From Sphaerodactylus townsendi (lineage: Eukaryota): a DNA stretch of 64,000 nucleotides. The translations under genes and the position numbers were made by a program. The notes under the pieces were generated by a model, which did not search any database, was not told where the DNA came from, and saw only the letters and a program-made list of their open reading frames with translations. Shown one piece after another: positions 24,396-34,326 of the stretch (the first letter of the stretch is position 1; each line of letters starts with the position of its first letter). The stretch spans positions 27,342,001 through 27,406,000 of the forward strand of contig NC_059436.1 in NCBI RefSeq assembly GCF_021028975.2, in the 5' to 3' direction.

Positions 24396-27300
24396 TTTCT
24401 TAAAGCTACAGTAAACAATAGCTATTTACTCTTTCTGGTAGCTCTTTACTCTCTCCATACTTTTTTTTGGATTTTATGTGTTATCTTGTGCCTCAAAAGG
24501 CCTCTGTACTTGGAGATCCTAGCCAAGGTTCATGTCCCTCCCAGGATATAGTTTGAATTGAGCACATTTATTTATTGTTTGATGATCTTTTGATCCCGTC
24601 CCTCCTCCAGAGAGCTTGGGGAAGCACACATGGATCACCTCCTACTCCATTTTCTCCCGACAACATCCCTGTGAAGTAGGTTCAGCTGAGAGATTGACTG
24701 GTTCAGAGTCACCCAGTGAATTTCATGGCATGGTAGGATTTGAACCTGCATCTCCCCATTCCTACTGCTCCATGAGGAAAGGACCGAAAAGCCTGCAATG
24801 GTTCCATCCATGCACTTGAGCCAAGGTTTGGGTAATGGGCTCTTTAAGCCATGTCCCCATAAGAAAAGGAGCAGAGGCTTTGATCAGAGTTCCCCAGGTG
24901 TGGCACCTGCACAGTTACCCACATCAGTTCGCTGGTCTTCACTCCTCCTGTTCAGGAATCAGCAGCTGAGAAGGAGCTGAGTCCAGTTGCTCGTGGCTGC
25001 TGCCAGCAGTGAAAATGCATAGAGAGAGAGAGAAAATATCCATTTCTTGAGATGGGCAGCAATGCCGAAGGCCAAGTGGAAAGCACTCGAAGGCCAGACG
25101 GGGCTCCCAAGCTGCCAGCAGCTTATCCCAGTTTTATCAAAAGAGCTCCGTGTATTTCTTCTGGCTCTGTAGGATAATCAGATGTATCAGAGGATGGGGC
25201 TTTGTGGCTTTTAAGGGTGTCACAGGGGACAGTGTCTTGGCAGGTTCCGTTTAACATGGCAAACCTGCTGAACTTCTGTACAGCTCTTCAAAGCAAGTGG
25301 GCTCTTGTCCCCTTTTACATCCAGCCAGCCCCATATTCCCTTTGCCGACTTTTGGCCATATTCCTCCTGAAAATCCTGACCCAGAAATCTTGTTTATTTT
25401 CTCAAGAGCCCACAAGCGTAGTGATTGGAGGGCTATGCTTTTATCTTCTGCTATGCTTTCCCTAAACTACGTTTTGTACTCCCAGGGATCTCTCCTGTGT
25501 CCCTTGCAGCTGCTGTTACCTCAGTGATGGCTTCTGTTCCCGTGCCCCACCCCTGGGTCCTACAATCATGTCATACCCCATCATTATCAGGTGTTCGGAA
25601 GTGGCACGCATCCTCAATTCCAGAGGGATCCACCTCATTGCATCAAAGCAGGTCTTAATGAAAACAACTTCTAGCAAAAGCCAACCCCACCAGTGACTAG
25701 CCTTGGTACCCATGCCCCAGGCCAGGTGCCAACTGAGACAGGTCATAATAGCAAGCCCAACTGAGCCAACACAGACCATGTACATTCTGACAGCCACAGG
25801 TGGCCTAGCCCCGAGGCAACAAAGAAGGATACTTTGACCTGTGGATTCCAAGTGTTGTTGGAACAGCAGACAGGGGAGATAGGGAACAGTTTATTGGGGA
25901 ACCTCTCCTATCCACTGAAATGAACAGGATCTACATTTTCCCAGCACATTTTCTGGGTTGTGCTCCTCAGTAATTAGAGCCTAGGTTGCAATTCTGCATT
26001 TCTTTGAGAAAAACCCAGGAACTCTCTGCTCCCCCTTCTCTTTATCTTAGCAGCTGCAGTGTGAAATTTGCCGGAACTCAGAGAAAGCATGACCAGGGAA
26101 CTGTGAGGGCCCTGGAGGATTGCAGTGGAGTTTGTCAAACTGTTTAGAGCATCGGTGTGGCACTTAGTGACGCCATGCTGGCCCCGGGAGAGGAATTTAG
26201 TCAGGCACACAGAGCAAGAATTCTGGGCTTCGGCCTCTGGAGTCTCATTTAACAGGAAGAAAAAGAAAAGGACATTAAGAAGGGGGGAAGAGGAAGATGT
26301 TATGCCTGGATCAACTCACAGCCACCTAAACTAGCTTTTTTATTTATATATAATTTGCAATGCAGGTCTGAGGATGAGGTGGGTAAATCTGGCAGCAAAT
26401 TTGTCACGCGACTTAGAACTAGTAAATTGGGGGAGGGTGAATTTTATTTCTTCTGCCCCTTCATTTCCAGTCAGATACAGCCTCTTATTGCCACAACTGT
26501 TGTGTGTGGCCGAGAAGGGGGCATCTCCCAGATGATGCCTGTGTGTGAATTTCATGCAGATGTCCATTTCAAATGGGACCGTCCTGCAGGAGCTGCCCCA
26601 GACAACCTGCATGGCCTGCGCCCAAATTTGTCTGGATAGCAACACTGTCACCCCTGCTGCAACTGTCCCCCTCTTTGGAAGAGCAGCAGGGGGCATCACC
26701 CAGCTGCATCAAGGGATGGCTCAGTGACCAAGGAGATGCCAGTTACCCACCAAGCTGGCACTGGGCAACAGCCAATCATCTGAAATTAAGAGGGCTGAGA
26801 AATAGCCAGGCTTGTTGAATTGCCCTTTGTGCAGTGAGGACTGTCTGTGCAAGAAACTTGATGCACAGGATTTCCTACTTTATTCTTTTACCAGACCTAA
26901 GCCAGATTCTGCTCTTCTATTACCCGATTTCTATGCTCAAAACAAAAAGGAGAGAAACATGTAACACTGGTGAAGATCTCCATTTACCAATTTGCCTTGT
27001 GGCACCGCTCACAGCTGTAGAACTGTCTGTAGGGTGCAGAAAAAAATCAGAAAAGGAAGAAAAAATCCATCCAATTCAGCACATGAAGAGTTTTACCTTT
27101 TGTATTTAAAAAAGTCAAGGGCCAGATGTTGAATTCTTAACACCCCTATAAATTGTATGCTTCATTTCCTGGCTTGGAATCAAGGGGACTTCAATGTACT
27201 TAATTCTGGCTGGATCATGCATCATATTTAAATCCATTTACTGAGCTCGGAAGGATGGAAAGTTGAGTCAACCTTGAGCCTGCTATCTGAAACAGTCTTC

Positions 27301-27897
27301 TCTATGAGATTCTGGCTATTCCTGCTTCGAGCACCACTAACAATAGGAAGAGTTGACATCCAGCTGAAAGATTCAAAATACAGGCCCCACCCAAATGCAA
27401 GAAAAGACTTGGCAAATATGTATGGAACAAATCTATTATCTTTTCATCTCTTTTGTGTAGTTCTTTGGTGCATTGTTCCCATCTTTTCTTTATTTCATCC
27501 CATTCATTTAACCCATCTTTCCCCTTTCTATTACAAGAAAGCAGTTGAAACCTGAACTGGGGCTTGGGAGTCAGTCTGGGTCTGGATGTAGACTAATAAT
27601 CCAGAGAAGACTGATGAGATTTGGGGAAAGCCAGCATAGCAATTGGTGCATAACCTTTTCTAGAGGGAGCTAAATTCATAGCAAGGGACCTCAGCAAGGG
27701 GCCTTCAAGGCAAGTGAGAAGCAGATGTGGTTTGCCACTGTCTTGTCTGGAGGTCTCCCTTCCAAGTACTGACCCTACTTAGCCTCCAGGATCTTACAAG
27801 ATCAGGTTATACCATGGTGCCTTCCCTCCCATTTTTTTAACATAGCAGAGTGCATTGTTCTAATTGCTTCCCTCTTCTACTTGATAATTATTGCTAA

Positions 27898-28920
27898 CTA
27901 GTGGGGCCGGCCACGCATTGCTGTGGCAATTGTCCTTCTCATCACAGTCCGCAACCCACACAGATGTCCATGCAGGTCCAATGATCCCCAGCATAGCCTT
28001 TTGGGGTGGTCAAATGGAATCCCTCTTTCCCTTTTCAATGCACATCGTTATATGGTGCTGTCTTGTTTTTTTAGTATAAGGTAATCCTTTCCATTCCACA
28101 ACGGAACTGTCCAGAGTGTGAATCCCACTGTCCATGAGGCTGGTTGACATGCACAGTCCTGGCTTGGGTAAGGCAGAACTGGGGCAAGGAGGCTATCCCA
28201 GTCAGGCAGCAGAGGCAGGGTGGAGAGGCGCTCAGATCGAGGCCAGCTCCCTAGGTTCTTAAAGGCCACGTGCAAAAGAAGCGGAGCCAGTAGTGTTGGT
28301 TCGCCCCCACCCCGCAGATTTTCTTAGAAGAAAAAGGCAAACTCCAGCTCGCTTTTAGTAAAAGAGAGCTGTGGCGAATATGGGTGAGGAAGTGGGTAAG
28401 TGGTGGTTGGATGTGAGGGAGGGCAGAGTGAGGTGTGTGAGGATGAGCTGGATGTGTATGAGAGTATGTGTATTGAGTGGTAGCAGTGAGTGAGGCACAG
28501 AGAGTGAAAGTTACCAGCGTGTGAGGGGGGGAATCCCACCTGACGTCTCACACGGCAAAGTGTGTATGTGTTTCACTTCCACTCGTATTACCTAACAGTA
28601 TTACCTGTTTACTGTTTAAACTGCTCATCTCTGGCCATCTGCTTGAACATAAGCCCTCATACCAAGCCCTCAGGCCACAGACAGGCAGGCTGCACGAACA
28701 TTCTAAGGGTGACAGTTAAACGCAAACAGCTTCATGGCCTGGTGCGACAGGAAAAAGACGTTTTACCTGGCTCAGATATGGACTTTCAGTGATTTGAAGG
28801 TCTGATTACCTGCCTGCAACAGGGAGGGACGTCATGTGAAAATTTGGGGGCGATCCGTCCAGCAGTTTCTGAGGGACACCATCAGGGACAAACACACTGT
28901 TAGATTTATATATATATAGA
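27898..28920 (-). mobile_element. non-autonomous Helitron (rolling-circle), 1023 bp
   Basis: On the minus strand: host A | TCTATATATATA... 5' end, subterminal hairpin GCCACAGCAATGCGTGGC, 3' end CTAG | host T; no TSD. Confidence 0.8.
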
Positions 28921-29249
28921 TAGGGATTTTATTCAATGGTCTCATTAACAAAGCAATGGGGTTAGGGGAATGTTCAAGACCACCAGATAGCCATCAAGCC
29001 CTGGCTTCAGCTCCGTAACACTCCAGATCCCCTTGTAATTCCAAATCAGCCATTATTATTTTCCTGCCTCTGCAGAACGTTGAAGGACCAACAAACTGAC
29101 AGCCATTCACAATAGTCTTCTCTTCTTTCCCCAGGAGCAGCTGCTGTGGGCTAGACTGTTGGTGCGCAGATGCTCTTCTAGCACAAATTCCCTGCAACAC
29201 TAAAATGGAAATCCCATGAGGCTTTGGGCAACAGAGGGAGAGTCTGCTT

Positions 29250-29256
29250 TATAAAA
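29250..29256 (+). promoter_or_regulatory. TATA box candidate upstream of HS3ST1-like ATG
   Basis: TATAAAA 140 bp upstream of the ATG; could instead lie within the 5'UTR of a spliced isoform. Confidence 0.3.
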
Positions 29257-29389
29257 GTCCTCCACATCCAGAAGAGTGACCAGGGCCTCTTGTGAGCAAG
29301 TACAGAGATGGAATATCTGCACTAGAGGAGACACACTGATCTACCCCGACACATATTCAGTCACCTCCCATCTCAAGACAGAGTCAGAG

Positions 29390-30298
29390 ATGGGGAAAAC
29401 CTGCCTGCTTCTGTTGCTTCTGAAAACATGTGGAATTCACATGGAGGAAGCAACAAGGAGCCATCATGGCTGGGAGACCACGTGGAAAGGAAACAACTCC
29501 CAGTTCCCAAGTGAAGCTTGGAAGCAACACCTACCTCAAAGTATCATTATAGGGGTACGGAAAGGGGGCACAAGAGCTCTACTGGAGATGCTAAGTCTGC
29601 ACCCCCAGGTGGCAGCTGCTGACTCAGAAATGCATTTCTTTAACCTGGATGAGAATTACGACAAGGGGTTGGGTTGGTACAGGCAGCAGATGCCAATCTC
29701 ACACTCTGGGCAAGTTACTGTCGAAAAGACCCCAGGCTATTTTTCTTCCTTCAAGGCCCCAGAAAGGATCCACGCAATGGACAGCTCTGTGAAGCTGCTT
29801 CTTATTGTCCGGGATCCGGTTGAAAGGCTGGTGTCTGACTACACTCAGATCCTGCACAACCGCAAGGCACAACAGAAGCCCTACCAGTCTTTGGAACAGA
29901 TCCTCTTGAAGAATGGTCAAGGACTCAACACCAAATACAAGGCCATGCACCGGAGCCTCTACGCTGTGCACCTGGCTCGATGGTTAGAATTCTTTCCGAG
30001 GACCCAGATTCATGTAGTGGACGGAGGTGGCCTGATTCGGGAGCCGCTCTCAGAGATGAGCCAGGTTGAGCGCTTCTTAGGACTGGAGCCTTACCTAGGC
30101 CCAGACAATTTTTACTTCAACCAAACCAAGGGCTTCTTCTGCTTGCAGGCCAGAGGACATCAGCACTGCCTGGACCAATCCAAAGGGCGACCTCATCCAG
30201 CTGTAGATGAACTACTGCTGGAACAACTCTGCACATACTTCAGTGAGCACAATGAGAACTTCTTTGCCATGGTGGGACGGACCTTCAACTGGTGCTGA
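29390..30298 (+). CDS. heparan sulfate glucosamine 3-O-sulfotransferase, HS3ST1-like paralogue, 302 aa, single coding exon
   Basis: N-terminal hydrophobic stretch (CLLLLLL), 5'-PSB IGVRKGGTRALLEML, SEMHFFN, EKTPGYF, 3'-PB RDPVERLVSDY, FYFNQTKGFFCL..CL..SKGRPHP, terminal GRTFNW. ATG at 29390 in gagATGg context. Confidence 0.93.
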   Translation: MGKTCLLLLLLKTCGIHMEEATRSHHGWETTWKGNNSQFPSEAWKQHLPQSIIIGVRKGGTRALLEMLSLHPQVAAADSEMHFFNLDENYDKGLGWYRQQMPISHSGQVTVEKTPGYFSSFKAPERIHAMDSSVKLLLIVRDPVERLVSDYTQILHNRKAQQKPYQSLEQILLKNGQGLNTKYKAMHRSLYAVHLARWLEFFPRTQIHVVDGGGLIREPLSEMSQVERFLGLEPYLGPDNFYFNQTKGFFCLQARGHQHCLDQSKGRPHPAVDELLLEQLCTYFSEHNENFFAMVGRTFNWC

Positions 30299-32297
30299 GT
30301 CCTCTTTGAGGCTTGGTGAGATATTCAGATAGTGGACTGGCTCTGGGGTAAGGCCTATAGGGACAGGGGCTTCTGTGGTGGATCTTTGTTCCCCTTGTTT
30401 TCTAGTGAACTGGAAATGGACCACTACCATGGAGAAGCAATTCAGTGGCCTCTGAACCCTGAGGGAAAGAGCACAACAGGAAGTAGCTTATATAGTAGCA
30501 ATCATATCCCACCCATTCACTCACGTATTCTGAGCCTTTCAATATAACAGTTGGCTGTTTTTTTCCAGATCTCACACCAAGTAAGACTAATGAACCCTGT
30601 ATCTTATATATTCAGATGATGCATTGTAGGCTATTGGTGATTCAATCTCCCTTGGAGTATATGTCCAGCAATTGTGTGAGGAGCCAAACGCAGAAAATGT
30701 AAACCATTTGTTTACACAATAAGTTTCCTCATTCTGTACCTCATACTATAAACAACTGTAGGAACTGCATCTCAACCATTCAGATCTATTCAGACCCTTG
30801 GACCATCCAACCCAGTATTGACTACATTGGCAGCAATTTTCTAAGCCACCTCAGACAGATAAAGGTCTTTCCCAGTTCTGTTACCCAAGACCCTTTTAAC
30901 TGGAGATACTGTGGGTTAAAACCTGGGACATATATGCACTTAATGAGGACTACTGCTGAACTGCAGCCCCTTGATGGGACACAGGCCTGACAAATGCAGA
31001 AAGATCCCTTCAGGCAGCCTTTACAAGGTAGCCCAAATTCCTCCTCATAATTTTCATAAAATCTGACATTGTGTTGCATTTGTGGCTGCAGAGCCAATCA
31101 TAAAGAGCACAGGCATCAGCAAATGAGAGGCAGAATGACTGCATGGGAGACCTGAATATAGCATGTTTGATCAAACATCCCATTAACTGGGGCTTATTCC
31201 CGTCTTGACTGAGGATGGGATTATGACATTTCCAGGGCCTTGCATGCTCTCTGGGCATGAAAGGAGAAGCTGCAGCAGTGCCCTTTCTAGATCAAACTAT
31301 CTAGTCCTCAGTAGGTTTTTTTTTTTTTTTTGCAAAAATGCCATTTATTCCAGCTGCAGCAGCTCTCAAGATTGCTTCAACCAGGGCAAACAGCAAATGG
31401 TTTTTGGACACATGGTTCTTGCTGAAGCCAAGAACAGTGCACAAAGGGTGCAGAAGCATTCTGGTTGAAACAAGCTTGTAATGTATGTTCAAATACTTGG
31501 AGTAAGCCTTATTGAATTTGATTGGATAGGCAATCATAGGCCATAGGCCTAGTTTGTATTGCACACGCACAAGTGGCAAAAGCAAGTAAAAACTTTTAGC
31601 AGATACATCTAGTATTCCCTTGAACTAAATCACACAGGTGCTACTGAAAGAGAATATCCTGGAACCCCTGTGGATTCAACTGCAGACGTAGCTGCTTCTG
31701 TGGAACTATATATTTCCAACTCAGTTCTATACCCTATCAAACAATACCTTTGTCTGTGGGAAACTAAGTGTGATTTCTGCAGAAAAGTGAGTCAGAACAA
31801 GAGGGAATTGGGAGGCTGAGGTTGCCCCAGTGATCACTGAAGGATTCTTACACTTTTACACCCAGTTTTCCCCAGTGCCTTTTTCAAACAGTAAAGGTGT
31901 AAGGAAGGCATCAGAGAAAGATCTCACCTGTTCCTGAAAAACTGACAGGCATTCAGCATCATCTGCTCATGACCAATCCAGCCATGCAGATACCATACAG
32001 ACTGAAGTACTCTGCTCAGTGGAAAGTCTTGCAACAGGTTCTTGGTCTTCAACTCACAAGAACTAAGGAAGACACCTCATGCCAGTCTTCTCTTCACAAT
32101 AATGCATACCAACACAAGCTTTCCTTTCTTGTCTACTTCTTAGAGAACCAGTTCCTTACAAACAATGAATTCATTGCTCTTCATAAGTCTGCCAGAGACT
32201 GAGATAGAAAGTAGCGTGCTTATTGCTGGAGACTGACGATCAGGTTTGCTTATCTTAGTTTAGTGTTCCATAGGAGTGCCATTCCTGGAACTCAGTC

Positions 32298-32303
32298 AAT
32301 AAA
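32298..32303 (+). terminator. candidate poly(A) signal of HS3ST1-like gene
   Basis: First canonical AATAAA I found by eye downstream of the stop codon. Confidence 0.35.
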
Positions 32304-32407
32304 TACCCTATTACGATGTATATTCCCCTATTGATTATGCCAGTTTTCTGTCCCACAGCAATGTGAAACACCACTGCATTTTTTAGTAAAAGGGGCATCT
32401 GAAAACA

Positions 32408-32413
32408 TTTATT
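32408..32413 (-). terminator. H2AZ2: candidate distal poly(A) signal of H2AZ2
   Basis: Minus-strand AATAAA followed by a GU-rich element; another lies at 33132-33137. Confidence 0.4.
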
Positions 32414-33472
32414 AAAGTGGTCAATTTTGCTGTCTCACAAACAATACAAAAATGGGCCTTGGGAAGAGTCCAACCCCAGCTTACCTGCCACCACAGGCGT
32501 CTTACTGATTTTGAAATCATTATCTATGTTTACAAGGGCTTTTATCTGTGTTCTCAAGGGCTTCCTCCTTGATCAGATCCTGGCATTAACTTCAAAGTGT
32601 CATTCTTCTAGCAGAATATGCTGGACAGAAATCCAAAGTGGCTAACACTACTAATGCCAGAGATAGAGATGCAACCAAAGCCCCACTTTATGTGGCTTAA
32701 TTCACTCAGGAGGTTCCTTCTGAAAGCTCCTGACAAGGGTCTCACTTGAAAGCTCCATCTCTTGTATGAGTTTCAAGTCGCAGAGCTTCTGGACATTTGT
32801 TTCAGACTGAAATCACAACTCAAGAGTTTACACAGATTTACTTAATGACAGATACAGCCATGCCAGGAACTCAAGTATTTATGAAACAAATCTCATTTTG
32901 CCATCATAATTTGTTACCAGTGTGCCTGAAATTGTACTGTATGAGCTAACCAGATTAATAACATCATCAGGAAAATTAATTCACAGAACATACTAATATG
33001 TATAGCCAGCCACAAGGTTATTATACTATACTATATAGTGGTCAAATCATATACTAGTAATCATATGACAAAATTGCCATTATAATCATGGCAGCATTGC
33101 TAGTGTAGCATTTTGTTGCACAAGTACTTGATTTATTGCTGTTGATGATTTTAATTTGCCTTTATAACTGGTGAGTAATTGAGAATAAATACTTTATAGC
33201 ACAACTAAGCATTAACTAAAGCAGAAGCCAACATGCTATGTTCAAGAACCTACCCTTGTATCTGATACCCTTGTAAAAGTATTGCATTATTAAACTACAC
33301 ATTCTTTTATACATTAAATTCTGGCCTTTGATTCCATAGGATTACTTCAATTACCTGTCAAAGAAAAAGGCAAGTCAATCAAAAATGTGGCCATGTTAAA
33401 AATTACAATTTGGGAAGGTATTTTTTTTAAATGAAGCTCAATAGGATTTGAAGGCACCAGTTTTATAGCTAA

Positions 33473-33933
33473 GGCCGTTTACGCACGGCCTCCTTGCGCC
33501 CCCACGCCGCCAAGAGTGCTGGCGGCGTGGGGGCGCAAGCCTGCTTGCACGCCAAGCGGAGGCCGCCGCAGGAGAGGCGGCTCCACACGGAGCCGCCTCT
33601 TCGCCCTCCTCCGTTCTACTCACGATGTCCTCGTCGTCGCCTGCTGGCCGTCGGAGCCCCGCCCACGCTGCCCTCCGACCCCTGGAGGTCGGAGGACAGT
33701 GTGGGCGGGCCGGCCAGCCAGCAGGCGGCAACTCGACGAGGACATCGTGAGTAGAACGGAGGAGGGCGACGGCGTCTTCCCGGCGGCGCGGTTCACACCG
33801 CGCCGCCGGGAAGACGCTTCCTCCCCAACAACAACCCTTTAAAGGGTTGTTGTTTAGGGCGGCCTGACGCCGCCCTGGGGGCGGCGTTTTTACCGCCCCC
33901 AGGCCGTCGTTTATGGGCCGTGCGGAAACGGCC
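33473..33933. mobile_element. GC-rich PIF/Harbinger MITE (461 bp) downstream of the H2AZ2 stop
   Basis: TIRs GGCCGTTTACGCACGGCC / GGCCGTGCGGAAACGGCC, TAA TSD at 33470-33472 and 33934-33936, many internal inverted repeats. Confidence 0.88.
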
Positions 33934-34264
33934 TAAGATATGGAGTCTCAACCACATTGACTTTACAAACAACCAAAATGACACACAAGAACAAGTTTTG
34001 TAAAAAATGGTTTTATCAGTTCCATTTTTGTATAAAACACATGGGAGAAACTTAGCCAATCAACACACAAACTGCTGCCACATAACAAGGTACTTTTTTT
34101 GTCAAACTTTGAATCTAAAGAACAAACAAATGTTTTAAGTTTACAGTCAATTGTCTGTGCTCTTCCATTTAACTATTTTTTTTAAATTCCACATATCCCC
34201 ATATTTCTTCTGTCCCAGTTACAGTACAATGACAGGGAGGAAGAGGGCTGTTTAAAACTCTTCT

Positions 34265-34326
34265 CTATGCAGTTTTCTGCTGTCCCTTCTTTCCGATCAG
34301 AGACTTGTGGATGTGAGGAATTACAC
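34265..34326 (-). CDS. H2AZ2: H2AZ2 exon 5
   Basis: ttgcag|GTGTAATT = (G)[22 protein letters not shown]. Confidence 0.96.

Noticed and set aside
29276-29389. N-terminal extension of the HS3ST ORF given in the ORF track
   Set aside because: It starts at GTG, not ATG; the ATG at 29390 directly precedes the signal-like hydrophobic stretch.
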